Shown here one piece after another: positions 35,276 through 52,346 of a DNA stretch of 64,000 bases; position 1 is the first letter of the stretch; the number at the start of each line of letters is the position of its first letter. The notes beneath the pieces were generated by a model. It was not told where the DNA came from. It saw nothing but the letters and a program-made list of their open reading frames with translations, and did no database searches. This DNA comes from the human T2T-CHM13v2.0 reference genome, Homo sapiens. Both the position numbers and the translations under genes were made by a program. The DNA is taken from the NCBI RefSeq assembly GCF_009914755.1, contig NC_060934.1. One strand, written 5' to 3'.

Positions 35276-36904
35276 TAACATGTGAAGTCAACAGACAAAA
35301 GTAATCTGGTCTAGACAAACATACTTGACGAAATGAAAAAATGGTAGGAACAGTGGACTAATTTGGGGTACAAGAAAGCATCCAGAAAGCAGTTAGTGGA
35401 TTTTTGCCTCTGAAAAGTATTTAATCCCTAAATGCCCTTTATATTTTGTAGCAGCCCACACATAATTTAATGTCATGTTTATTTATGTAAAATCCTCTGC
35501 ATGGCACTGAAATTGAGTGAAACAGCCACTGCATACCCCTTGAGGAAATTAAAAGGCAAGCCAACCAACAGTGTTGCAGACAGAGCTAGGGACATACAGA
35601 TAACCGAATCAACATTAGACACAGCAAATTGTAGCACATGGAGAGCCCTCGTGGAGAGCAAAAAACTTTTTGTAAATTTGCTATACCCTCCTGACTCTGT
35701 TTCTCCACAGAGCCAGAGGTCATTTGTAGCTAAGACATAAAATCTGCACCTGAGTTGCAGGACTCTTCCTGTGCCAGGAGCTGCCATGTGAGAAATACTG
35801 CAGCTCTCACTCAAGGGAACTCATGGGTTTTCTCCCTTTGCTGAAAGCTAAGTTCCTTCCTGCTAGTAACAAACCCAAAAAATAAAAATAAAAATAAAAA
35901 ATAAGCTTATAATAAGGTTAAACCAAACTATCAGACTCTAGTCATAGAGTCAGGTCTTTATATTCAGTAAATAAAACTAAACTTGTCAAATCCACTAGAC
36001 TTAAGTTGCTTTTTGATGCAAATCTTGAAAATAGGGGACACATTTAACCTTTGACAGGTTCTTCTATTTCCCAAGTTCAGAGATGCTATCCACTCAAAAA
36101 AAAAAAAAATGCACTCCCTCCAAAATCTATTAATTTCACATTGCCAAACCAGAGAGTCTGAGGACACTTGTCTTGTTTCCTCCCCTGCCACCTCCTTCTC
36201 CCGTTCTTTATTTTGAATAATAAAAAGAGCATAATTCTCAAAATATATATCCATATATAATACATAGCTGACCACTGCATATTCTTCTTCCTCTTGGTAA
36301 ATTATTCTGCCTTAAATGATTTTGACTTTTTTTTTACATTAAACCAGGAAAATAAGGGAGATGCTAAATTAAATATTTTTTCTAGAAAAAAACCAAATAG
36401 CTGCACCAATGTAATCCCAAAAGAGTAGCAAGATGAGATAATTATACAAAATGTGAGGAAAATGCATATTCAAGACAAGATCTTTCTACATATGGATAGT
36501 AAAATAGAAAAATGAAACAGGCCTACAGACCCAAAGCCAAGGCTTCAAGACCTGAAATTAACTGGGGCCAGGGAATAGGGGGAGAAGCTGGCAACTTAGC
36601 ATGGTTGTCTCCAGAGCTGCAGTTGGAGGAAACCACGTAGCATATCTTGCGCAAGCCCATTGTTTTATAGTTAAAGAAACAAGCGATAAATCCTGTTCTC
36701 ATTCCCCTCCAGTGCTTAGAAGGGGAGAGAGATTATATTCAACCTTCTTTAAGCTAGTACCTACTCAAATTAGCTCACCTGATACACAGCTGCTCAAACA
36801 CAGAAAATGCACAGAATTCTCAGTTTAGAGCTGTAAAACAATAAGGAAATATTTATTGTATTATCTTCTCTCTGAAAGTCTATTAAAAAAAAAAGACAAA
36901 AAAT

Positions 36905-37199
<295 letters not shown>

Positions 37200-38507
37200 G
37201 ATGAAAGATGTACCAATACTTAAGAGGGATACAACCCAGGTTTTGTAGGAGCGAGATGGAAGGGAAGTAAGAGCTGGAGAAATTCTCTTCCAACTTCCCT
37301 GATGTGATGATCTGAGAAAGACAGATTTCCATGCTCTGAAATCAGTATCTGTCTGAATTATAGACACTATCTAAATATTAATATTCTTTCTATGTGAGAA
37401 CCCACACACAAAGTGAACACACTATTAAGCAGCAAACTGTGTGTTAACGATGAGGGGCCCTTCTGTTCCTATGCCTTTATATATTTAGCTTCAACAGGAA
37501 GAAATGAAGCAAGTCTTTCCATTTCCACTTCGCCATCTTGTTTTTTTATGCTGTTTATTCACAGGTCTGAAGAAGTCAACTCAATTCTAAAAAGTATTAT
37601 TTTTCAAGGTTAACACAAGACACTTGCAGGAAGCCAATAAATAATGCTATGCATATTACTGTGTTCCAAGTGTCAGAACATAAACCTCAATAAGAAACTG
37701 GAATAAAAACTGAAAAGAATGCAAGCTTTTAACTTTTTTTTTCATTATCTCCTCTCATTTACCATAAAGTACAACTAACAAAAGCAACAAGAATAAAACA
37801 CCAGAGAGAGTCAATAAGCAAGTATCAGATCTTATCTTTTACTATGGGAAAGTCTTAATGTAGGCAAGGGAGGAAGAAAAACATTTTACTCTCTTAAGAA
37901 ATTATAGTCAATCAACAATAACAACTGACTTCTCTATTAGCAGATCTTTTGTTTGCCTTGTCTGAGTGCTAAGGTGTGGTGAGACACAATTTGCCTAAAA
38001 GGAAATTCAAAACTTAAAAAAAATCTGGCTTGAAACTAAAATTTAGGTAACATCTTAAAATTCCAAGTAAAATGTATTAATAAAGAACAAGACTTTCTGT
38101 TAGGGAAAAATCCCACGGAGGTTAAGTGATTTTTATATATTCCTTGTCTTTTAGTCACAGAACCAAAATGTTTCCATGTGATTCTAGTTCTAATTCTTTA
38201 CAATGGCATGGCTAGTGGGTGGGTATAAAAATTTAGCATTTTGTTACTCTTTTAAAAGAAACTTAAAATTGGAAGGGACTGGAAAGATTATCTAACTCCA
38301 TCTAACTCCAACCACCTCATTTCACAAATAGTGTAGGTTATACTTTTAGAAGAACCAGTTCCTGAATAAGGAATATCTGAGAGCAAAAAATAATCTTAAT
38401 ATATCATTTGCTGATTTTGTCCCTGAAGCAGGCCTAGGTACAGAAGGAAGGACTGGATTGGGCCAGTTCTGAGATGGAAGAGTTGAAAGAAGTAGATCTA
38501 GGACCAG

Positions 38508-38860
38508 GACTAGACCCAGGTTTTGTGGGGATGAAAGTTATTCAATGTTGAGCTTCTCTTTAAGAAAAATAATACAAAGTCATAAACAAAACGAGATCTA
38601 AAACTTCATATTTACTAGCCCAAGAAATTAGATCACAAGAAATTAATAGTGCCTTAGAGATAGACATACGTTTGTTCTGAGATATGTTCAGGTGGTTTAG
38701 CGGAAATGAGTATACAGAAATGCTTTCCGATTCCACCCTGGCTTCCTCTCTCCACCTGGAACAATCGACACCTCCTCAAACTCCCAGCATTCAAAGGAGC
38801 CAGTGCCCATGAAGGCTCTGAATCTTAAGCTTCATTAGCTTCACTGTAAATTCACCTTCA
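38508..38860. mobile_element. MER53-related hAT element (longer than the short MER53)
   Basis: Ends ccaggttttgtgggg..tctttaagaaaaataatacaaa and taagcttcattagcttcactgtaaattcacc match MER53 termini (recalled). Confidence 0.65.
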
Positions 38861-38934
38861 GATAGGACTCCCCATTAGATGCTCATTAAGCCTTTTCAAT
38901 GAAACTATCCATTTTAGCAGTCCTAGGCTATGAA

Positions 38935-39125
38935 TCAGGAGATATGGACCTGAGCCCAGGCTCCGCTGCCAATACTCTGTGACACTAAGAAAGTCAATAT
39001 ACTCTATGGCCATACCACCCTGAACGCGTCCGTTCTCGTCTGATCTTGGAAGCTAAGCACGGTCGGGCCTGGTTAGTACTTGGATGGGAGAAAGTCAATT
39101 TACTTCTTTGGGCTTCAGTTTCCTC
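38935..39125 (+). mobile_element. MIR split by the 5S pseudogene
   Basis: ctgtgacactaagaaagtcaa / tacttctttgggcttcagtttcctc rejoin as a MIR core. Confidence 0.7.
39002..39091 (+). pseudogene. 5S rRNA retropseudogene (nt 1-90, tailless)
   Basis: 84/90 identity to 5S rRNA nt 1-90 as recalled; stops at GGATGGGAGA; TSD agaaagtcaatatact/agaaagtcaatttact; no poly(A). Confidence 0.97.
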
Positions 39126-39307
39126 TATGGCTGCACTACACGTTTGCAAGGGTCTCTTCCGATTACAATACCATTCAATGCGGAATACCTTGGCCTACTC
39201 TATCTTCAGTGTTGCCAGTCTTAGTAGGTACTATTGTCATTGTTCAAACTAAGAATTCTGAGTAGTCTTCCTTGACTCTATTATCCCCTTCTTCCCTCCA
39301 AATGTAA

Positions 39308-39623
<316 letters not shown>

Positions 39624-39714
39624 GTCTCTAAGGTTTATATACCTCTCCCATCTAACCTCACCTCAACCTGATCTGGGCTACATCAACCAAAAGACCACAA
39701 TGCTTCTGACAACT

Positions 39715-40029
<315 letters not shown>

Positions 40030-40850
40030 TGCTTCCAACAACTTTTACAGCATCTTATCTTGCTTTCCTCAGGTCACCCTTTACACTGTTGCCACCACGA
40101 TATTTTAAAAAATAGCAGTCTAAACATCTTTCCACACTCCTTAAAACATGTCTGTAGCCTCTCACTGATCTTAAAGTTTAAATTTCAAAATATGACCTCT
40201 AAGTAAGAATGGCCTGGCTCCTGTGCTCATGTTCAAATCAGCATCACGCCAGTGCCCCATATCCTCTCAGAATTCCATGTGAACTAATATGTAATATCCT
40301 CTTGCTGACCTAAGGAATTCCAGTATTTGTGGATCGTCTGACTGAATGACTGTGGTTATATTGATGATGGACTTTTCCAGGCATTAACAACATGTTTCAG
40401 TTACATGAGCAATTATTGTAACTAGCCTCTTGAGTTGAGTCACATCAGAATACCCTGAGAAATTGCAATCTACCAGCATTGCCATTTTATCAAATTCCAA
40501 TTTTAGGAATGACATTCCAAATACTTTGAATTTCCTCTTGAAAGCTTAGGCTGATTAAAGGATTAAATGTTACACATAATTCAATGCTGTGTAACTCTTT
40601 TGTGAGGGCTGAGTAGTTGTAAAACATGTCTATGATCTAATCCAAAGGTTTATTGATTTTCCTGTTCTTTCGTTCAAGAGTGTTAGCTTTCATGCACAGC
40701 TCTGTGGGATTTTTGAAGGTTGGCCAGGACACTGCAGAGATCCACTTTCCATTCTGTCAGTTTCTTCTATCTAGGAAAAGACAGCCCTGGGTCAGTGCAA
40801 ATATAACAGGGTGCAGATTTTGAATCAAAGTCTGAATTCCAGATTTTTCA

Positions 40851-41395
<545 letters not shown>

Positions 41396-41529
41396 CTAAC
41401 TGGATTATCACTAATTGACTTTATTTTTGATTTGTGTCATTCTCCTAAGCATTCTGAATAACATAATCTATCCTTCTCAACTATCCTTTACAGCAATATG
41501 TCTTACCTTTCTTCTTTTTTTTTTTGGCC

Positions 41530-41620
41530 GTAAAGTTTGAGTGACTTGCCCAAGATCAGCTAGGTGGGGGGGCTGAGATTTGAATCTGAACAGTCTGAGT
41601 CCAAAGCTCAGTGCCGTAGA
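41530..41620 (-). mobile_element. MIR fragment
   Basis: gtgacttgcccaagatca..gctgagatttgaatc..agtctgagtccaaagc. Confidence 0.7.
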
Positions 41621-44600
41621 CAAGAGTAAACAGACACCTGCTCTCATTACCCATCATAGCTGTGTAGAGACTCACCAAGCTGAAAGGTTTGAGTTGAATG
41701 CTTTAGAGATGAATTACTATGGGAATAAAGAGAAGGGGACAATCTCTAGCTAGATGCAGGTAGGGACCTTTTCAATCTCTTACAACCAGCTAGGTGCTTC
41801 ACACACAGTATGTCATTTAATCCATTCTATAGCAATGGGGAGATGTTTTTTGTTGCTCTCTTACAGAAGATGAAAACTGGCTGGGGCTTGGGTAGTATGT
41901 ATTTAATCCTGGATCTTCTTGGCTTCTGATCTGGAAGTACGGCCTTGAAGGATGGCTTGTGCTAGCTCTTCTACCATTGAGGCTGAGGGGTCATCTTTGT
42001 ATCACATTCACTGAGATCTCCGTGGATTCCACGGGCAGAGAGCACAAACCCTTGCTCGACCCTCAGCAGATATAAAACATGAAGGGGTCATGTTCAGAAA
42101 AGAGGAGTGAAGCTTCTCAAGAATTTACAACAAGACCATCTGTCTTCTCCTCTGCTCAGGGAAGACTTTCCTAAACTGAAAATCACTCCAATGTCCCCAG
42201 TTCAAAGAAAGGAGATTTCCAGTAAAGAAGGTTAAGGAAGGCTAGAAACAAATGATACCTCTATTCCAAGTGGGAACTCTGTTGCAGGAATGGGTAAGTA
42301 TGTCCCTGCTGCTTCTCTCACTTTATAATCCCTTAATCCAAAATCAAGACACCAGTGAAATTTAGAAACCCAACACCCTGTCTGCTCCAGAAAATGCAAA
42401 TCTCCCAGGAAAGAATCCACTTGTTTCCTGGCCTTGTGACAAGGCTTGGGGCCATTGTGAATCACTCTCTGCCAAGAAAAAGAGCCACTGTTCACAACAT
42501 GGAATAAGACTGCAAGGGGGTCTTGTAGGTGACTCACAGAGCCCCTGGGGGCAGGAGAGACAAGCATGTCTGCTAGAACTGCTGCTGCTGGCGGCTCTAG
42601 AAAAAAAAAATCTATTTTCTTGAAAATTGAACCTCTCCTTTAGGTTTCCTTCCATTTTTTTCCCCCTTAAATCGTCCAAGATTAATGTGGCAAAAATAAA
42701 ATGCCCCACAGGCTGCTCATTTTGACACTTACTACAGCACATAAAAGTGAAGAATTAGCATGGAATGAATAATTTATTTAGTGTTTTACGTTGTTTTAAA
42801 CAAATCACTTCCATGAAAGCAATGTGTATTCAAGCAATAAATCACTGTTTAGCATTCTGTCAGGAGGAAAGATACCACTTGGCAGAATTATTGAATGGCA
42901 GTGCCTGGCAGGGAGGCAGGCACAATAAAGATAAAGGTGATGTCCTTGCAAAACAGGAATTTGTTTGGATCTGGAGTAGGATAGGGTGGAGTGAGAGTCA
43001 GTCATGAGGCTTTTTCTTCCATTTACAAGGGTTAAATGAGCACCTACTTGTGCTACTACATTTGATGTTATGACTAGCACAGGGTAACTTGCTATGACAT
43101 CATAGCTACTGTTATTTATTTTATGATTGCAATTACTGTGGCCAAACATGGGGCCTAAGTGATGGGGATATTCCATTGCAACAAAACAATGAGTTCTATG
43201 CTCTTAAATTGATCCTTGGGGTCTTCAGACAACTTTATATAATGTGATAAGTATTATGATAGAAGTGTATGCAAAATGCCTAGTAGGGAGACGGGAATCT
43301 GGAAAGGTTTTATAAAGATGGTTTCACTGTATCCAGGCCTATTTAGCCAAAAGGCTGGAAAATGTGAAGCATGTTCAATACAGAAGGCTTTGTGAGACCA
43401 GAGGAATGCAAATGTGAAGCCCAGTGATGTTTGGGTGGAGAGTGAATATGGTGATGTGGTACAACTCAGTGATGGGGAGGATGGCACTGAGAGAAGGGTG
43501 GCAGGAGAAGCTTAACAAGAGATCCACAAGGATGCAGGGTGACCTTCACACGCTCTAGAGGCTGTGGCCCCTGGATAAATTGGCCCTAGACACCAGAAAC
43601 CAAAACCAGATTCAGTCTCCAAAGCAAGGGTTTGAAGCTATTACTTATCAGCCCTGCTAATTACCAACCCTGTCTGCAGCAGAACTACAGTAGGAGAAAC
43701 TGGCTCAGGTCAAAAGAAAGAAGGACCCTGGTACTCTTCTTAAAATCAAGTCAAAGGTAGAGCTGCTCTATTATCCCAGCTTTACGCAGTTTTGAGAATG
43801 AAAATGCAATCCAAGGTTTTGTTAAGGGCGGAAACAAAACAGTTCCTTGGGAGCTAAACTACCTCACATGACAAATCTCAAAATGTCTCTACTTTTTAAA
43901 TTGTCAATGCCACAAACAAAACCTGAGGTCTAACATTCACATCAGCAATGCCTGCAGCCCTCCATCACTCCTGGCAACTCCTGACAGTTAGTGCAGGCTG
44001 ATAATTCCTACCGCTTACAACACAGAAGGCCAAAGGCTTGGGTTTTACACATCTGGAGGAAAAGCAAAACCCTCCCATTCTGTCAACTACTTCAGGGAGT
44101 TTCTCAATTATCTAATTTCCATCTGATTTAAATAATAATAGTAACAGCATGCTTCCCTCAGAGTTTAGAGATCCAAAATTTCCCAACCTTACCTTAAATG
44201 GTTTAAATGAGAACAAACTTCCAGTTTCTTTTAGGTAGTTTCAACTTTGCCAACATTTTGCTGAAAGCTGAAAACAACACTTCTGGCTACTAGAATGAAG
44301 GTGACAGGCACTGAGAAATGTCATGAATCTGACGCTTCTCATCACCTTAACCATATTTGCTGCTTTTTAAAAAACTGTGTTGGTGTCAGCATTTTATCGG
44401 GCTCAGAGAAAACTCAAAATGCTGTTGGCTACAAGCCAGCCAGAAATGCTTCACCCTTGGGAAGAAATGAATCAAGGAACAACTAACTATTGAAGGTTTA
44501 CTATGTTCAAGGAAGAGCTGGTAGACCCTGAGGGAGAAAAAGAAATGCACAAAATGTAATTTCTGCCATGCAGTAATTTACAGTCTAGGTAGAATCTGAT

Positions 44601-44689
44601 TGTCACTCTCCTCTTCAGAAACACTGAAGGTTCCCTTGCCTACAGGATTAACTCCTGATTCTTCAATAAGACATCCAAAGTCCTTTCTA

Positions 44690-45131
<442 letters not shown>

Positions 45132-45192
45132 GCCATCTCCTCCATGAAGCCTTCCCAACCTCTTTTGACAGGGAAATCTGTTGCTTCATCTG

Positions 45193-46478
<1,286 letters not shown>

Positions 46479-46945
46479 TCAGTGAACAGACAATCATCTG
46501 TGCTTCTTTAGTATCATGCTTCTATTATGACTGAAGCAAATTACTTCTATTATTTGTTTAACCTGTGTCATTCATTGGATTTTTTTTTTTTTTTTTTTTA
46601 ATTTGTTCCCGCTGAATTTTGTTTTGTTTTTATAATTTCTTGTGCTAGGACAGCACCTGACATAAAGAAAGCACCAGTATATTTTCAGTGTATTACTGAC
46701 AATTACACAATATACAAATATGCATCTTTTAAATATGAGCCAATATGGGACAAATGAGATTATTTGTGCTGGAATACCAGCAACCTTGACACATAGTACG
46801 GCTTCGATAAATAATTTGTTTAGTCCAAATCATAAATGTCTACTAAATATCATAAAGAATGTTGAACTGCAAATTGCTTTGCAAAATGGTAGCACATTCC
46901 CAAAATGTCAGAGTTCGAGTGCGCATGATATGTTTGTGGTTCATC

Positions 46946-47237
46946 ATTTTTTTTGAGATGGAGTTTTGCTCTTGTTGCCCAAGCTGGAGTGCAAGGCACG
47001 ATCTCGGCTCACTACAACCTCTGCCTCCTGGGTTCAAGCGATTCTCCTGCCTCAGCCTCCTGAGTAGCTGGGATTATAGGCACCCACCATCACATCCGGC
47101 TGTTGTTTTGTATTTTTAGTAGAGACAGGGTTTCACCATGTTGGCCAGGCTAGTCGCGAACCCCTGACCTCAGGTTATCCACCCACCTCGGCCTCCCACA
47201 GTGCTGCAATTACAGGTGTAAGCCACCATGCCTGGCC
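46946..47237 (-). mobile_element. AluSq/Sp
   Basis: TSD tgtggttcatcatttt/tgtggttaatcatttt. Confidence 0.95.
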
Positions 47238-47479
47238 TGTGGTTAATCATTTTAACCAGCCTGGTGGGAGATCAGAATGATGTTAGAAAATATGACTGAA
47301 AAGATAGAGGATGGCCTTTGTGAGTGGTCTCTAATTCCAGACTAAGAAATCCCTAGGAGTCTTTATGTGTATAATAAAGTATGGAAAACGATTATAGATT
47401 TTTGAGCACAGAGGTGACACATACAGTACTAGAAATACAAAGTTTAATCTGACAGCCATGTAAGGAGCGGATTAGCAAG

Positions 47480-48000
<521 letters not shown>

Positions 48001-48419
48001 CTAGAGACATAAGTGGTAGAGAAGACATTTAAGAGTCTATTTAAATGTACTGGTATAAAATTTTGGAGGCTTGGCCCAGGGTGGTGGGAGTTGAAATGGA
48101 GCCAAAAAAGAAAAGTTGTTCCAGGAAAAAAGAGGGTGAATAATTGCATACTTTATAGGAAAAGGTAAGAGAATGAACAATATCTTTTTATGGTTTTAAA
48201 CAAAGAGAACTGGGAGCATAAAGGCACCTTTGACAGGCAAGGTCTTCTTAGTTACCCACTCCAGAAAAACTTCCTTAGGAAGTTTGTAAGACAGTAATTA
48301 AAAAAGATATGCATGTGGAACCCAGAGTCAAGATAATCACAGAATTCTAGAGAATTCTGGTGCTACAGGGGGATTTAGAGATTATTTAGTTCATTTTATA
48401 TTGTATCAGATGAACTGAC

Positions 48420-48748
48420 CAGCAAACAACAGTGGCCTCAAATCATGTTTGGTTTGTCCTACAAATTATTAGCCCTCAGTATGTTTCTAAAATAAAGTGG
48501 CTCAGTTCTCAGCATTGAAAAATATCAGACTGGAGTTTTTGCTTCTCTAAAAAAACAAAAACAAACAAACAAACAAAAAACAAAAAAAAAACTGGAAGAT
48601 CTGGAGGTACTGCGCTTATCTTCCCACATAACAAAATTAGCTGGAAGAGTGTGGCAGCTACCTGCTGCTTGAAGGATATGGGCTCTCCATTCAGTCACAG
48701 GAGCCCTCTGCCATCACTCGTGTGGCCCTCTCAGGCATTTAAGTTTGT
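48420..48748. mobile_element. MER102-like hAT-Charlie with an internal (AAAC)n tract
   Basis: gcttctct...gaagatctgg..ttcccacat..ctctcca..ggcatttaagtttg. Confidence 0.65.
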
Positions 48749-48769
48749 TTAGGCTGATTTCAATGAATA

Positions 48770-49060
48770 CGCTATGGAGTCAGACTGCCAGGCTGGTGCC
48801 CTCACTCTGCCACTGTGGGAGGTAACTTAACCTCTAGATGCTCCAGTTTCCTCATCATGAAGGTATAGAACATTGTCAGCTCCTACCTCATTGGATTACG
48901 ATGATAATCAAGTGAAATACTGTATGTGAAGCCCAGCCACATGGTAGTCCTTCAAATGTTAGATATTGTGATTATCATCATTATGGTGAATGAAAGCTTT
49001 TTAAAAAGTTAAATAAATTGCCCAAGTCCACATTGGCAGTTGGTGGCAGAACCAAAGACT
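48770..49060. mobile_element. MIR fragments (both orientations)
   Basis: gctatggagtcagactgcc..cagtttcctcatc..; aaattgcccaagtccaca..ggtggcagaacc. Confidence 0.75.
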
Positions 49061-51777
49061 CTAGAGCAATTTCCAAAACCCTGAGCATATTCCACCACAA
49101 ATACATTGAGGATTATTTGTAAAATCTAACAAATGCATGCCCTGAACCAAGAAGGAAAACAAACAAAAAAAGCAAATCAGAGATGATGTTGGGCCAATGT
49201 GTCTAACCATTTCCATGGGTTATGCCCAAACGTAGCACATTGGAACAAACATGTAATAATTGTATGTCTGTGATCTACTTTTTTTGCCAAAGCTACATAA
49301 AGGAATTATAAACATTTATTCTACCACTGGTAACAGTAAAAACCAGGCCACATGTTAAACCAAGTTTGATGACTTTTAGTTGCCTTCTATCTTGGAGAAC
49401 AATAGTAGGTAGAAATACTGGCAAAAATACCCTGCAGCAACTCTGTCCTGTTTATAAATTCTCAGTCCCTGCCTGTTTCAAAAGTGGAGGAGAAAAAGTG
49501 CTAAGTCGACCAACTTTCACTAATTAGTTATTTCTATTAGGTGACTGCAAATCAATGACAAGCAAACTTCTCATACCTTCACCCTGGCTTAGAAATTTTT
49601 CTGCCACTCACCATCTATCACTCTGCCTGTAAGTGGCCTTGCTGAGCTCTGTCTAAATAGCATCCAGTGCTCCTGTTATACATATTTCCTCTTTTCCGCA
49701 GCCTACAAGAAAATATGCTGGTGGTAGCTGTTTGTAATATGCTGAAAGCTTTATAAGACCAACTGTAATGCAAAGGTCATATTTTCTAAGCTTTATAGAT
49801 TGCAATTTGTAAGGTTATAATGTCACATGCTGTCAATAATTCAAAGTGGAGAATTATAACTGTTAACAGGTCATCAATTCTTCATTCTTCTCCTTCAACA
49901 CTCATTCCCCAGGGGGCTTTAATTTATTTCGTTTAAGCTTGATTCCTTGAACTTTGAACTGAAGGTTTCATTTGTTTATGAGGAAAAAAAAAAACAACTG
50001 GGTGACACAATGCAAGCAATTCCTTAAGTTTCAAGGGATCTGAACCAATAAAAAGATCACAATTTAGATAGGAATGACTCAGAAAGTCTATTTTCCAGGA
50101 GTGTAGTGTTATAGAAAATGTGTTTAGGTTGTCAGTATGCAAGAAGCTTAACACTTACCCCTCCCTCCAGATAAATAAATAAATACAACAGGAAGGAAAT
50201 GTTGCTGAAAACACTGAATACTGAAAGCTAAAGGAGTTTCAATCTGTTTGCAAGAATGCATTTGTGGTAATTGTCTGCCACCAGGAGTCTGTCCAAATGC
50301 TTTCTTTGGGAGAGTAATTAAATCTGAATTCTAGTGCAATTGTGAGTGCTGAGCTTGTTGCACCTGGCTCTTTTTTGAGGTTAAAAACTTTTTTGAGTGT
50401 CTGATGAGAGCTATGGATGCGACATACACCACTTCTAATAAACACCAACTACAAACAAAATGCTGGGACAACTTTCTAAAGTTCATTTATTTAACTCTAG
50501 GTAAAGAACTTCAATTATAAAGATGCAGATTATCTTTCTCATACAACCAACATTCTTTCAAAATAGAGCACAGAGGCAGATGATGTAATCACTTCCCTTG
50601 GGTACTTATAATCTCAGAGGACTCAAAAGAATAACTGCATTTTTCATCTTTGAGGATTTTTTTTCTCGTCTCCAACAATAGCCTGAGGCATACTAAAAAA
50701 TGGCCGTGCTCAGGAAAATAACCAATATCCAAAAGAAGAAAGCAGGACAAGGCTCCTCATCACATTGCCAAGGAGCATATAACAGACTGTTTTGTTGTTT
50801 GTTCTTCCTGTCCCTCTTTCCTGTGAATGTCCTCCCAACTACTCGATGCTCCTGGTGTCTATTAGGGTTTGAAGTCTTCATGGATCTCCTAAGAGAAGCC
50901 CACGAAATAGTGCAAGCACAAAACATCCATTGCGGGTTCCTGAGTTTCTGACCCCAACACCCATTCAAACATATTGACTTTCATTGTTTTTGTGGAGTTC
51001 CAAGTTCCAGGTCACCAAGAATCAGGCATCCATACATTAGCCGAGGCACAGTAATTATTTCTGTTAAGGATTTAGGTACCTAGGAGTTCTCAGGTATAAT
51101 TTAAAAAATTGGAACGTAGTCTTCGATTAGATTGTGTAGAAAAGGTTGAATTAGATCCTTTAACCACAAGATAGGCCATTACTGAAATTTAGTCAAAGAA
51201 AATATAATCTTTAGACTCAACCAAGACTTGATGCCTATGATTTTCACTGTGCTGACTTGTAAGGATAATATTAATTTGTATGTGTGTGTATATACATATA
51301 GCTAAGTAAATATTGACATACAGAAATTGCTAACAAAATTGTACTTCTGCCTTCCATGGTAAGGATCATACTTTTTCAACATACTGTATATTCATTAGCC
51401 AAGACAGCTTAGCTTGAGATTTCACAGTATGTTAGTCCGTGAAATGCAGAAATGTAAACAGAGAACTGTGCCCAGTTTCAAGGATGACAAGCTGGTTTAG
51501 ATTTTAAGGGGGAGTAGGGGGCACATGTCTTTCACCAAACTATTACCATTTCCAGAAATCTATTCGAACTCAACATTTAAGAACAATATCTTTTCAAGGC
51601 ATTCAACCGTTAAGACAAACTCTGTTGCCTTGTTTTTCTTACGGATTTGACTTTGCCCTCAGTTCCTTAAAGGAATCACTATTACAGGTAAAAGATACAG
51701 CCAGGATGATTAAGTATACTAGAAATAACAAAGCTTTGGCTTGCTGGCTGCAGTTTACTAAAACTGCATTCCAACAT

Positions 51778-52346
51778 TATCAGAATATTAGCAGTTTAAA
51801 ATTCACCCATTAATATGTTGCTCCCCTAGTGTTAATTTCTAAGAATAGGAAAATAACCAAATAAAGAACACCTGATTAGTCCTGAAGGCAGCCTATTGAG
51901 AGCTTTTTGATACCAGAGATCTTACTATATTCACCTTATATCACAAGTGCCTAGCTTCCTGGCACAGAGATTTAATAACTGTTGATCAAATGAATGATAT
52001 ACCAAAGGTGCTTAAAAAAAAAGACATGCAAATGAGTGATTTTTAAATATTTATTTTGGCATCAATATACAGTTTATTTCCTCATTATCTCAGAGGAGGT
52101 TATATATATATATTTCTATAAATATATATACATCTCTATATATACACATATTTCTATATATAAATATACATATTTCTCTATATATACATATTTCTATATA
52201 TAAATATATATACATATTTCTATATATAAATATACATATACATATTTCTATATATAAATATACATATACATATTTCTATTCTTAGAAATTAACACTAGGG
52301 AAGCAACATATTAATGGGTAAATTTAAAACTGATAATATTCTGATA
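51778..52346. repeat. 71-bp inverted repeat (arms 51778-51848 and 52276-52346)
   Basis: Manual alignment gives 67/71 identity. Confidence 0.95.
52099..52275. repeat. TA-rich minisatellite, unit about catatttctatatataaatata(cata)
   Basis: Direct inspection. Confidence 0.93.

Noticed and set aside
42083-42234. Protein-like open frame (QKRGVKLLKNLQQDHLSSPLLREDFPKLK...) and a nearby 7-bp palindrome ccgtgga-t-tccacgg at 42020-42034
   Set aside because: The frame is bounded by stops with no good acceptor or early ATG, and a palindrome of this size is expected by chance.
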